Shown piece by piece: positions 36,068 to 50,300 of a stretch of 64,000 nucleotides of DNA. The stretch comes from Bispira polyomma (Eukaryota): contig OZ287748.1 in NCBI GenBank assembly GCA_965649765.1, positions 84,382,001-84,446,000 on the forward strand, given 5' to 3'. The notes beneath the pieces are model-generated. The model ran no database searches and was not told the DNA's origin. It saw only the letters and a program-made list of their open reading frames with translations. Every line of letters starts with the position of its first letter. The first letter of the stretch is position 1. Both the position numbers and the translations under genes were made by a program.

Positions 36068-37371
36068 TATTATATATTCGCACAAAATATTTGATGCAAC
36101 GAATATTTTGACTATTTTAAATACCTTATTATTTTCGATGCCACGGAACAAAGGTAAACCTTCAATCCACACTTTATTATAGATAAATTAACTGCCCACC
36201 TTGTTTTTTACTAAGTCTGTGGCTGATGTATACCTCGGAAGTGAAGCACGTGTATAGCAGCGATAAAGGAAATTTTTTTTGCAAATTAGCCACTCTATCT
36301 GACCTTTGACTCGGCAAGAACCGCCAACATATATTATCATTATTTAATCCAAATAAGGGGCAGTTAGAAACCAAAGAAGGTAAACATAAACAAATATAAA
36401 AATGGCTACCCATCTTTAAACTTAAATATCTCATCCATTTCTCAACGGATTTTAATGCAACAAAAAGCACAATAACCACAATAAAATAAGCTTTCTCACC
36501 ATATTCATTATATTTTTGTACCTTCAATTATTAATAAACAAATTTGAGGTCGAACCTGAAAAAAAAAACGGGTTGAACGATCTCAGAAAAAACGTGTCGA
36601 AACGTCATGAAGGTCAAAAGATCTGGATATCCTTGGAGATACAACTCTTGGGTACATAAGCAAGCCAAGCTGTCTCGGGTAAACAGCTGTTGGGTATACA
36701 AGCAAAGATTTCTGTATAGGGCACGCCACCGTGGTGTAAATATCCTCAAACTAAAATTCTGGACAAAATACCAAAAAAATAGACAAATTGACTTTTATAT
36801 TGTCGAGGCACCTGTTTTCGCGCGACACCAGTTTTCGCAATCTCTCTATTTTCGTCCACTACTTCCTTTTTCTGTTTTTGGCATTTTTTCAAAATTTTTA
36901 CAAATACAGCGGTGGATATAAACAGTATAGTCCAAATCGTCTACAAATGGCATTGTAAATTTTAAGAAGCAGAAATTAAGTTTTGCTAAAGCCTCTAGAA
37001 TATATAATATCTTAGGAGATATCATTAATAGTAATTAATACCATCTCATTATTGTGTACCATGGTAATGTTATTGTGAGCTTTTTAACCTTTCCTTTTGT
37101 GGGAAACATATCACAAATTACTTGACTTGCTTCCATTTGTCTTTGTATTTTATACATTTTTAAATTATTTTTATTAAACTTTTTGTGTGTGAACCGAAAA
37201 TCCTTTCTATAAAAGTTAGTAGGCATTTTTCATGTTATTAGTGGCCTCTCTCCTCTAAAAACAACCAAAACAGCAATATTGTGAAAACAGGTGCCAGCTA
37301 TTTTGTGAAGAAAAATGAGTTACTCCAGATAATTAAAGTAAATTTTTTTTATGGTTTATTGTTATTTTGAC

Positions 37372-37730
37372 CAAGGCTGCGACGATTAGCGCTAGCATTG
37401 ATGCATTAATCGAGTGAGACAAGAAAAATGATACATTGAGCCGGGCTTTGCGACTCGATCATTTATATAGTACTCCTATTGGCCGAATTTTAGTATGCAC
37501 CAAAAAGCACATTGTCGCCTAGAACAAATATAAATAATAGATACGTAAAAATGTAAGTTTGTGTTCGTTTTACACCTAAATTTGAAGGTATATTGTGGGA
37601 AAACATAAAAAAAAACAGTAGAATCTAGGTATGTATCAGCACTTTATTTGGTTAAAATGGAGTTTTTCGATGCATCGAGTCCGTGTGGGCGATAATCAAT
37701 GCACTTTAAACCCCCCGAATCGCAGCCTTA
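37372..37730. mobile_element. hAT-family MITE
   Basis: TIR CAAGGCTGCGA / TCGCAGCCTTA. 8-bp TSD ATTTTGAC. An inverted relative lies at 10616-10990. Confidence 0.8.
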
Positions 37731-37989
37731 ATTTTGACGTATTTTATTGACGATACATATTTGGAAAACAATATTTTGGTAATGGTGAAATAATGGATTA
37801 CTTGCATAGAAGTATAATTTTGGGGGTTTTTTCCCCTAATATTGTGAAAACTGGTGCCACTAGGATATATACCTTGTGACGTTTCTAAATAAAACTGGCG
37901 AACGGCTAATAACCTCTATCAAATAAATAATTTTAGATATTTAAAAAAATTGAGATGTGTGTATATATGCCGTTACACATTTACAACGA

Positions 37990-38210
37990 TTTGCTATAGT
38001 AAACAACTCTGTCAACAGCCGCAAATCAGAAAAAAAAACGGCCGTTTCGGCGACAGAGAACTCTACTGGTGTGTAAAATATTGTACGTAAACGGTTCCGG
38101 GAAGTTAAGTTCATTTAATGTTAACACTCTCTTCTCCTGTTCTCAGGTATCCATCTTCCATTACTTTTGAAGAAAGAAGAGCGGATTATAATTAAGAAAA
38201 GGTACCTGTT
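37990..38210. promoter_or_regulatory. Candidate divergent promoter region for LIAS and the NRPS-like gene
   Basis: Locally CpG-richer patch between the head-to-head genes. TTCCGGGAA at 38095-38103. Possible + strand donor AAAG|GTACCT at ~38201. Confidence 0.3.
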
Positions 38211-39663
38211 TATGTGTTTTTATCAGGGCGCTATATATGTTAAACTTTTTCATCTTGTTCTTCAAAACAAGTCAAGTTTATTTCTTTTTATTACTCATGT
38301 ACGATGTTCATTTATTTTATTTATCGGTGCATACTGAAACTGTCGATGATAATAATAAACACTCATCTTTATAAAAAAAAACCCACCCTTGTCATAACTC
38401 AAAATGTATGACATGTAATATATGAATTTTTTCCCAAGATCTAATTGACTGTTTGAAGAGAAGCCAAAAAGTGTTGTAAAAGTGTGTTAAATTGAAGTAC
38501 TTTTGAGACTATTATTGTGGTTGGTATTTATCATGTAATTTAATGATATGTGCAGTAACAAGTAATAAACTATTTCTGGTTCATTTTTAATCATTAAAAC
38601 AAAAAATATTGCTCTATTTTTATACAGATTAATGCTTGAGACTTTTGTTAAATACTAAAAAAATCACCTTCCATATAGTCTTAATTTTAAGACCAAATCT
38701 GACACAAAAAATTGACTGATTCTTTTTGTGAACAAAACTTAGACAAAAAATGACTCAAAGACCTTTTGTGAATATGGTCCCAGATAAAAAGTAAAGTGAT
38801 TAAGATTCTATTTAATTTTTTTCAAAATCAGAAAATATATCTAAGATTGGCAACACATTTTGTTATTGTTGCCTGTATAATAAAAAATAACTTTGGGCAA
38901 GATATGAACATGCGATTGCCTACTGATGTCGACACAGACTATGTTGTAGGACACATGATTGGTTGATTGATATAACTTAATTAAGCTGCATTAACCAGTA
39001 TTTACTGAATATGGTTTTTTTACAAATAGATATGCAGATTTAAAAATCTGAAATGTATAGGTTAGTACATAATTATTTTACAGTTCCTAAGAGTGAAAGT
39101 AAATGCATGGTAATGAAACCAACATTTATATAGTTGAACTTCTACCATAAAATTGAATGTTAATAATATTTGTATGCAACATAAACACCTACAGGGCATG
39201 AAATGCCACAAGTTAGACCTAGATGTACACAAAATCAAATCAATAAGTTCAGTTATAGTTAAGTTACATCAGTTTTTTTCTCAATAAAATAAAAAATAGG
39301 TACATCAGGCTGCACTTTAACCAGTTGATGACAATAATTGCACAACAATACACATAAATTAAGTGGAATATATACATACAGGAACTGTAAATTAATCATG
39401 GAAGTGGGTCAAGTTTTCTCCCTCAGTATACATGTAGTAGAATTACTGTCCATCGGTGGTGAAAGGGTTAATGTTTAATGCAAGAATTGGTTCTTTTCCT
39501 ATCAATAGTCAATCATTATTTAGTACAAATTGTGGTAAGAAATATTTCACTAGAAAAGTAAATCGATTTAATGCTTTGTATGCTTGAGCACAAATTTACA
39601 ATCTAGATGTATTTCAATATATTGAGTCAATCAATATAACTGTGATAAACTCTTAAAATGTAA

Positions 39664-40637
39664 TTGTATCCACCGATCCGCTGGATACTTTGGTTGAGCG
39701 TTCCAAGATTTTTTGCTGGTTTAGTGTTGGAGATTTTTGCTGTTAACACTCTCAGCGGAAAACTAGACCAGCTAGCTTTACCAAATTTACAGGATATCTT
39801 CATTGGGAGGTAAGCTTCTCTACGACTAAAATTAACCTCATTCTAAAAAACAAGATCGCTGCCATCGGCATTTCTTTGAAAATTATCCACCTTTTTAGAG
39901 AGATTTTCATCGTTAACACTCTCAGCGGAAAACTAGACCGGCTCTCGTAACTAGAAGGTTAAATCTCTTCATAGGTGATATGTATAACAGATGTATATGT
40001 CCACTACAAGCATGCAGACATTTGACCTCAAAGCTCTCCATTCAAGGTTATCCACAGTGCCACAGTGGGCATACAGTCAGTCAAGGTTCTGCACTGAAAC
40101 CAGCGGCCCACAGTAAGGAACTACCATCTTTCCCACATAGGCATCGACGGGATCCAACAGGTTTGGCATGTGAAGCCTACCTATATGAAATCATGGGCTG
40201 GAAATCTTCTGATGTGGTCAGGTTTGACCTTTGGCCCCTCATTCAAAGTCAAACAAGGTATCCAAACTTAAAAGTGCTTATAACTTGCTTATTACCTAAA
40301 GGTTTGCATTGTGAAACCAACTTATAGGTAATCATGAGCTGGAAATCTTGTGATGTGATCAGATTTGACCTTGGGCCCCTCCATCAAGGTCAGACAAGGG
40401 TAAATAAATTTAAAATGCTTGTAACTCACTTATTATTGGTCCTACAGTTTTGAGATGTAAAACCAACCTAGAGGAAATCATGGGCTGGGAGTTTTCTGAT
40501 GTAGTTAGGTTTTACCTTGGATCACTCCTTCAAGGTCAGACGAGGGTAGCCATAGCTTAGGTGCTTCCTACTTAGGGTGCTCTGTCTTTCTGGTGGATAC
40601 AAATATGTATCGGTTCTCCGATGCTCTAGGTCTAGTT
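39664..40637 (+). mobile_element. HINE-like element, copy 3, with an internal SINE fragment
   Basis: Same head and 3' hairpin/CTAGTT end, about 3 core units. Antisense SINE piece at ~40067-40152. Confidence 0.65.
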
Positions 40638-40779
40638 TATTTTGTTCTATTTAAAATATTTGGAAATATGTTAATAAACAATTATTAGGTACAATATTTT
40701 CCTGTTGGATTTTTATTTAATATCACTACCCAGAGAATAAATGTTAGCCATTTTCAAATTAGCTCTCACAATAATTACA

Positions 40780-41110
40780 AAGGGCATTGTGTCACTAATC
40801 TAGTAGTTACAGTGTTCGACTTTGAATCAGAGGGTCCCAGGTTCCATCCTCGCTGCTGGCCTGGAGATTGTGTTCTTGGACAAGATACTTCACACAAAGT
40901 TGTCCCTCTCCACCCAGGTATATAAATGGATACCTGGCTGCTAATTGTTGTGAGTCTTTGCACCATATGTAGCAGTATGACTAGTATGCTTACAGAGGAA
41001 GCTGAGAGTGAACAATTGGTTAACAAGTGGAAAATTATCTGGGGGTGTAAACTGCAAAGGTCGGATTAGACTTCCTCACTATAGGTGATATCAGACTATA
41101 AACCCACACA
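40780..41110 (+). mobile_element. Diverged tRNA-derived SINE with CORE-like segment
   Basis: Degenerate tRNA head, then GTGTTCTTGGACAAGATACTT..CTCTCCACCCAGGTATATAAATGG. Confidence 0.5.
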
Positions 41111-41417
41111 TTCACATTCTTTAAATTTTTAAAAAGCTAAATTACCATTATATGGGGATAGCCTTTTAAAAGTATTAATTTCCTACAGGCATCTACCTTT
41201 CTATATTGATCAATGATAAAATAGATGCCATTTTAAGAGTAACAGTTAAGTATATTTTAACTTAATTGTATTATCTGTGGCATTTAATGCAAACTGTATA
41301 ATAAATAACCAGTATCTATCATAATATTCTGTGACATTGTTATTTTTATTATACAAATTGTCTATATAAGTAACTATATATGTATATATAGAATTGAAAT
41401 AAACTGCTTATTATATT

Positions 41418-41672
41418 GGAGCCACAGTGGCCTAGTGGTTAGCAAGCATTGCACTTCACAATCACTGGTCTCTCACCTCTGGGCCCCTTGAGTTCTACTC
41501 CCGTCGATGCCTATGTGGGAAAGGTGGTAGTTCCTTATCATGGGCCTCTGGTTTCAGTGCAGAACCCCAATCAACTGTATGCAGTGTTTCCTCCAGCGTT
41601 TCCAACTACTGATCCCAAAATAATCTAAACAGGTACTAGAGTGGACGTTAAATATCTCAATTCAAATTCAAA
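41418..41672 (+). mobile_element. tRNA-derived SINE (same family)
   Basis: 13-bp TSD TGCTTATTATATT (41405-41417 and 41673-41685). A and B boxes present. Confidence 0.85.
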
Positions 41673-42984
41673 TGCTTATTATATTATTATAGCTAATCAA
41701 TAAACTAGCTTTATTTACAAAACAACATAGCACACAAATATTGAGACTGCCTTTTTATGTGCAGAAAAACTTTATTAATGAAAAATGAAAATGTTAGTCA
41801 AGTTGGTACTTTTCATTGTTATGCCTTAAAGACACGAAAATCACTTTATGGTGACATACTTGTTAATTAAACCAGACCCTTGCGTAAAATCATTATGCGC
41901 TCCTGTAAAACTAAATAAAAAAATAACGTCAGCACAAAGATAGATACTACCAACGGAATTAAGAGTCTCTTTACTTTGCTGTTGTTCTTGATGAGTGTGT
42001 AGTGATCACTAGGTGTTTAATATGACATACCCCATGTCCAAAATGCGAAATATAACAGTCCTGCTATACACATGTATCTCCTTTGGTTTATATGAAAACT
42101 AAAGGTTCATTTTAAATTATGTAACACATCTACTATGATGCCTTATGATGAAGTTGTTCTATTATATTATATCATTCAGTTAGAATAGGTAAAATTGTAA
42201 TACTTCAAACTTTGAGAAAAAAAATTATAGTTTAATATATAATTTGAGAAATTTCGATGTAAGATATGCATCAACATAAAACAGCAAAGTTGCAATGGGT
42301 TAGCTGTATTGAGTTGGCATTGGCGTATTAAAAACACTAAACAAACATATTACAATGATTAGAAACACTAAACAGATATAATATAATGATTTTGCATACA
42401 CCTTTCTTAAGCGGCAATGGGATTTAAAATGTATTACTATACTGCTGATAATTAAAAACAAACAAACAATGTATACAGGGGAGATATAGGAGCACTTTAC
42501 ATATTCTTTTAAAAACATTATGACTATTATTTGTTTAAATATCGATCTTAGCCCTTGAAGGCCCGACATATTAAAATCCTATTTATCCGAATTCAATAGT
42601 TACATTAGTTAAATAGCTATGCTAGCCTGCATAAGGCCCAATATTCATTACTTCATAAGATTAGCTATGCCACATTATATACAATTAATGTGGTAATAGT
42701 GAAATTACTGTATATATAACATTAATTGATAAGCATCATCTTCATTTACACTGTAAAGCAATCTACACAATACTGTAAGAATGAGAACTGGAAATATTTA
42801 AAAATGGTTTAAAAGTTGTTTGGATATTTCAGTGACCCGCTATAAATGTATAGTCTCAAGGTCAAATATATTTATTTTTATAGAGGACATAATGTCAAGT
42901 AGCTCTGCCCAAGACTGATTACTTCTTGTATAAGTAATGTGGCAATGGCAAAAATACTGTATTTATGACGCTAATTAACAAGCA

Positions 42985-43860
42985 ATAATAATAATTGAAG
43001 CATTTGTAGAGCGCCAAATTGATGAGAACATCCCCTGAGGTACTGATATTCACAAAGGGAAGGTTCAAGTGCAAGCAAAAGATTGTTACCAAAAAACATC
43101 CACCTCGGAAGAGACTAAGGAGGGGGTAAGCCAATCTGAAAAAGTGAGTTTTTATTGATAGGAAACCTGTGGAGTTTGAGAACATTTTGGATACTTTGGA
43201 GCCTTGTAATATTGGCTTTAGTAATACTGTACATCAAGAAATTACAATAGTCTAGACAACTACTCACTCGCATTTGCCACCTGGACCACATTTGAAGGCT
43301 GAGATACCTGCGTATTCTGCGCAGATCATGTAATAGGAGGCCCGTTAGACACTGGCTACATGACTACTGTGAGAGTTGTCTTGGTCAAAGATAACGCCAA
43401 GGTTCTTTACTTTACTTGCTGGTGACCTTTTGTTGTCAAGGATATTGATCGGAAAAATGGTTTCAGACTGTCTCGAGTAGTATTGTCGCCTATGGTAATA
43501 TACATAAATTTAGTTTTGTTTGGGTTGGGATTTAATTTCACATTTTCCATTCATTTTTGCACAGGCTCAAGGTATTTTGCAATTGTGATATACTTGAGTC
43601 AAAGTTTGTTGCATCCAGTATAATTGTATGTCGTCAGCATACAGATGATGAGTGACATTAATCTGAGTAAACATTTTACTCAGAGGAGTGGTATTCATGG
43701 TGAAGAAGAGAGGGCACAATACCGAGACCTGTTGGACACCATAAGGGGTGAAAAAGCTTCTATAAAATTATCACCGATTTAGATTTTTTGCTTTCTACAA
43801 TGTAGGTAGGACTAGATCCAGCTGAAAACTGAAAACTTTGCCATCAATGCCAAACTAATC
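42985..43860 (-). mobile_element. Degenerate L2/CR1-group LINE RT fragment
   Basis: On -: GVQQVSVLCPLLF (GVPQGSVLGPLLF-like), YADD at ~43630-43641, and a KTHFFRLAYP terminus. Confidence 0.7.
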
Positions 43861-46800
43861 AGTCCCACTGTAAACTGTAAAGCTATGGTCGCATTCATAT
43901 GGCATTACAGTAAAAGTGACTTGAGATATCAACAGTGATTTGTATGTTATAAACCTCCCGTCAAAGATTAAGCAATTTCTACACTTTACTGTAAATATGG
44001 AAATTGAAAAAAAAAATTAATGATTTTAAAAGGGTTTGGATATTTCAATTGCCTGCTAATGACCTTGTATGTATTGTCTTAAGGTCAAATGATTTTATGT
44101 TTAAAGAAAGGTCCATCAGATCTGTATCATAGTGTTAGTTATTTTTAAAACAACGTCTAAAAGTCATGAATTTTGACCAATGTTGAGCTCTAAATCATCG
44201 CGAGATTAAGCCTCAATGTCAGATTTATATAGCTATTCTCTACATCACCAAATACAGTCACACACCAAATGTATTTAAATCTATTACTTTCAGAGAGGGA
44301 AGGATGTCATTACTCTGCCAGTGGTGAATGAACCACCACATTAAAACCAGAGTATGCCCTGATTTTCATCTTAGGATACAATACAATACTGTGGCCAATC
44401 TGTGGCCAACCCCGAAGATACAAACATCATTATTGATAAAGCACTAAAGATATGGGATACTTTTTTAAACATATGTTTCGGAGAGCATGTAGATCTACTT
44501 GGGTCCATTGCTGCAGTTCTGCTTTAATTCGGTCAAAATGATGATTTTTCTGTTGAATAAGCATATATAGAACGTGGATGATGTGTTCCATATCCAAAAT
44601 ACAACAATAAAACATGTTGAATCAATATTTACTTATTTTAGTTAAAATGAGGACGCCTTTCACCTGGAAATATATATATGTTCTGGCCTTTAATAATTGA
44701 TAATTAAACAGAACATTTAACCATTATATCTCCTCCATAGAAACAATTATAGTTTAATAATTTAGTTATGGAAAGTAACATTAAGCATTTTGTAAAGAGA
44801 ACTCACCAGGAGAACTTGTGAGCACATTAATTGTTCACAGTGAATACTGTATCAGATATACAAATATGTCATAATTCGCATGCATACGTCTTCTTAAACA
44901 GTATTTCCGCTTAACAGAGTAAATGTTAAAGAAAATGCCCTAAAAATTCGGGATTATAGATAATAATTGTAATTGTAATTTGACTTTTATAGCGCTTAAT
45001 CTCCCTTTAACAAAGGGGACTCTAAGGTGCAACAGCACAAAAAGACAGTAATCCAATGTCAATATCCAGGGACAGAAAAAGGGTCAAGCATCACAGAGAA
45101 CGTCCGGAGTGATTAGGATAAGAAAAATAAAAATTTAAAAAAAAAATATAAAAAATAAAGAAAATAAGCTATACAGAGTTCTAGACTGTATTAGAAAAAT
45201 TACATATAAAAAAATTATATGTAAACCCGAGCCCCACTGTATTAACTCAGTGCCAAATTTCCTCTTTGCTTAACCTAGGCCTGCAATCAAATTTCTGTAA
45301 GATCTTGCATACCACAAGCACCTGTCTGTAAAGACCTCTCATGCCAACTTCTTTGTCCGTTTTTGGTTTGTTTTAAAGTTTTGGACAAATATTTTTTACA
45401 AGTTTGGCTTTATCTAGCTCAATATACAAATCTCTAGCATTGATAAAATGAAATTATATTTGCACTCTATGTAACTAATGTTTGCCAGGCTCTGTGTTAA
45501 TCTTAAAACTTTAGATATTTTTTACAGTCATTGTAAGAGTCAATATGTGAACCAAGAAATATCTTGCCACGTCAACTAAGTGACTTGATTTGTAACCTTT
45601 TATCTGTTGATGATGATCAGAGTTTTACAAGTGTCTCCTCCATTGTGTTATATAACATAAATACAAAAAGTACACATAACAGGCAATACCTTATCTGTGT
45701 AAATACCACTTACTGTTCTTGAATGTTACAACATGAGAATGATATTCAAATTAACCGAGTTTAAAACCAACATTTTCGTTTTATTTTTCAATTAATAAAA
45801 TATTTACAAAATAGTACTACGTATAGATAATAATAACTGGTCCAGAAATACTACAATGACTGTCATTTTTAATATAAAATTGTGACATATGATCTAGACA
45901 AAATAAGCTATAACTATATGTGTAATTGGTAATTTTGCCGTGATCTATTATTACTTATATTGATGTTGCTTGTTTCACAAAGTAGTAAACCTTATCTTTC
46001 ATATTTTATTTACATTGTGCATGTGTCAGTCAGTAATGCATTGTATGCAAATTATACAGATATGATAAACTTTAACATAAACAATGGACAGCTGATGTCA
46101 GTCATCTGGCATGCAGTGACAGACATATTTATATATGTACATGTACATGCATGTAATTATATTTCATTCAGTTTGGAATAACAAAGTTCAGTAGATCTTT
46201 TTTAGGAATTGGATATTTATTGACAGGTACAGACTTTCACTTATCAAAGTATGATAGTTTAATTTTTAAGCTAGAGTAAAAGTACTACTTTCATAGCCTT
46301 AATAATATTTTCTGATTTGTTTTTCCTTTTGCTGGCAAAATCACCAGAATTAATTTCCAATGTAATCCTAAACGTATACGCAATTACCATTATTGTAAGA
46401 GTAAACACTTACTTCCTATTACCTTGGAAGGGTAGATCTTATACAAGGAAACACATTTTTCTAGTTTGTAATCAGTTAACGCAGAAGTAAGTGAATAAAA
46501 ATTTATGCACTGTCAACATGAGCAATGACAAGACTAAACGCAAGTGTTTTTAATTGACTGCTGCATATGATTTATGTTACATGTTTTAGTGTAACTTAAC
46601 TGATTTCAATGGTATTGTTAAAGGTGTACATAACTTGTCCATTAAAACACCTACAAAACTACTTGTAAATACTATTTCCCTAGAATGTCCACACTATTAT
46701 GTAGTCCAAAACTTTGTTTCTTAAATTTTATGAATGACTTATCTTTACAAATTCAAACTGTCATAAACTACAGGATACTTTAGTGACATTAAATAAGTAA

Positions 46801-47327
46801 GTATATAGGTAAGGTGTTAAATATTTGGACATTTCATTTTGTATCCTGCGACATATAAGTTGTAAATTTATTTAAAAACTTACCACAGAAACATGGTAAG
46901 TCTCTTTAATTTGTGAAGTGTTGGCCAGAATAATTACAGTAATCCCTACTTCCTTATCTGCCACTGTGGTCTGGTATGGAACACACTAACTAATTAGAAA
47001 CACTGAGGACCTGGGTTCTATCCCAGCCTGGGGCGACCAAGTAAAGGAAGATACATATATAGTGGCACAAATGACCCCTTAAAATGGCAGATATTTGGCA
47101 TTGGGTCCTATCCCCATTTACAGGCTAAAGACCCTCAGCAACTTTGATAAATTGTTAACCTCAAGCTTCTCTCTTCAATTAGGGGAAAGAATATGTTACT
47201 AGTGCTGCTTGGTGGTACTTGGGCAGTCAATGAATAGTTATTTAGCACTTTGGATAACAGAAAAATATAGTTAGATGTGCTGAGTTTAAACTTCAATACA
47301 TTACATTTGTACTTGGCCAGAATCATC

Positions 47328-50300
47328 ATGGATGCCATTAACATGGATGGTTATGAAGCACTTGGGTGTCTACATGACATGTTTAGAGAACAAGTGAAGA
47401 AAACACCTAAGAAAACAGCAGTGGTAGCAGATGACGGGAGACAACTGACCTTTCAGGTGACGTATCTATATAATATTAATACACACAAGTGTGTTTAAGG
47501 GGTTGTCAGCATTGTAGGCAACCGTTTTTGGTATTGATGGAAACCTTAGGCTATACAACCAATTAATCTGATGTTATTTTCTAAACTTAGACTTCACAAA
47601 CAATATAAAAACATTTTTGCTCGTAAAACTCACCATTTTTGACTGACTGCTGCTACTGGTAATGTCAAAGCCAACATCATAATTGACGTGTCCATCACAG
47701 CCAACATAATAATTGGTGTGTTTATCAAATCAGCTTTCCCTCTCTGTTTGGCTCGGGATGGTAATAATTTTATGATATAAGCATTTGTAAAGCACCAAAA
47801 TTGATAAAACATCCTCAAAGGCAGTGATTCTCCAGATAAGTTTAGTCCATTAAAAGAAGAAATTAGTCTCAGAAAGCACTTGTTTTGGGAGGGTAGGCAA
47901 GCCTGAAAAGGGAGGTCTTCAATTGAGTACTAAAACTGAAGCCACAACAGCAAAGACATATCATCCAATCTGCATATTGGGATGCAAAACGGAGACTGAC
48001 AACCTGTTGGCATTTACTGGGCCACTAGTCCAAATAGATGAAGATAAATGGAAGTTGGGGTGGATCAAGATTGATGGCTTAAAACACCAAGGCATATTAT
48101 AGTTTAGAAGTATATGATGCTCTATCAGTAATTAGTGAAACTTATTTAGGTATGATGGTACACTGCTAAGTCGATCCAATTGATATTGATAGATAGTACA
48201 ACAGAAAGTATTTTCACTCTTTGAAGCTAATGCTAAATTAGCTAAAGTTGTTGTTCCATTTATTATTTTTTTCCAACCAAGGAGGTTATGTTTTTACAAA
48301 TGTCTGTTGGTTGGTCAGTTGGTTTATCACACTTTAATTAAATTTGGTGGGATGGGATATACCATAAGATATTGTATGGTATCTTCTTCTTCCTTTATTA
48401 AAGTTACTGTATAATGTGTAAATTAAAGTTCTGATATCATCCATTACCTGGTGAGAAAGTTAAAAAGAGTTTGCAAATTGTAAAAGCCAGTGTTTTTTGA
48501 CAAAAAATGTTAAACAAAATGCGCTTTGTAAAAGTATTAACTCATATCTTTTTAAGAAAGACACAAAATTCACTAACCGGAATTCTCTGGTTGACTATAA
48601 TGATGGTTTTTGCAGAAAACCAAACTCTTATATAAATGGTTATAAATGTTATAATCGAGGTCCACATGTTTGTATAAATGTTTCCAGGAACTGGATGATG
48701 CGACGGAGCAGTTAAGCCAGTACCTGCGTGTGTTGGGAGTCAAACCCGACCATATAGTGGGCATATATATGGAGAGATGTATTGAGTTCACCATAGCTTA
48801 TATAGCGATACTCAAAGCTGGTATAACTTGTAGTATTGTGTGTACAGTCAAACCCATCTAAGTAGAACTCTGTGAAGTCAGTTTCCCCATTGATATTGAA
48901 GTAATTATGTAGTCCTGCTTTGACCTATGCGTCTGAAATTTACCCTCTTTGGTGGAAATTGTATTTGAGTAGAATTATTTATTGTGGCTTCTAATAAGTT
49001 TGACTTGAAGGGGTTGAACTGTACATGTATAGTCAAACACTTTGAAGTAGAAAGTAGTCATATATAATATATGAAGATAGTCAAACTTAAGCTATAAATG
49101 TAGGAGGAGCTTTGTTTGCAGCTCTCGTAGCCGATGGGAGTTTACTTATAAAAATAAAGGGAGAGCTAGCTGAGTGAAATATATTTAAGAGGGGAGAATT
49201 CTCTCAGTATTGATTCTAGAGAAAGGTGATTCTTGTTGTCCCTTTGTGTTAGATTATTGACTTATGTAACACAGTAGAACCTCTATTATCCAAACTTCTA
49301 TTATCAGAATAATCACTAATTTCCAAGACACTGTTATAGTGTGGTTTCTTGGTACATTTTGTGTTTCAAGACTTCCACACTATTGTTTGGGTGTTGTGTT
49401 GTGGCTCAGGCTTTGGGGTGGTGTAGCCTTGTCAGATTGACTAAGAAGATACAGCTTTATTTTCCATGTTTATTTGTTATAACGTTTACAATTAGTTATC
49501 CCCTGAGTGTTTCTGGCTGAGCTCCTATTTCATTTATTGCCAGCTAGAGCTGAACTGTAACTATAAGTCTAACTGTTTATTAGGCATAGCTTTCTGCACT
49601 AAACTTAATACTTCTATTTATAGAACTCAGAACTCATCTCTATCATCTCTGTGAAACTATCTTTGCACCTCTGCTTTTCCACTCTTCAACTCTGCAACTC
49701 TGCTACACAATTCAATCAGGCCATTTATATACTTGAACAAAAGGATATGATTCATACCTTTAATACATTGAGAACTTTCTTAAAATAACCTTATCAAGAC
49801 TCATCTAAAGTTTTCACAAGTTATAAAGTTATACAGTTAAGCAATACTAAACCACTAAAACATACACACTACTAGAGAAAGGCCAATCCTCCTACACAAA
49901 CAGTTTTCTTGAAAATGATCATCCAGAACTTTGTCTTTACCTAGAAATGTGCCATTATCAGAGGAGGATGTGGATCTGTGGTTACCTTAAACATAACATT
50001 TTTAACCACCATATGAAATAAATATTGATGTGATTGAACTCAACTTAAAGGGTCATTCTATTACTGTAATACAGTGGCACATGTTTATTTCTTTTTAACT
50101 GTGTTTCTATGATTGTAAAAGTTTGTACAAGTGACAATCTATTAACTCCCTACAAATCTGATAACTTTTAACATATGAATTTTTCCTTAATATTAATAAC
50201 TGATATATTAACTTTCCTCCTGAACAATAAGGTACATGCACATATAATGTGTGATACACAAAGAAATGATAATGAATAGATATTTATATGAAATGTTAAA

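Noticed and set aside
37870-37990. LIAS first coding exon
   Set aside because: A donor (AAG|GTATAT) exists on -, but no in-frame ATG with a phase-compatible junction could be established.
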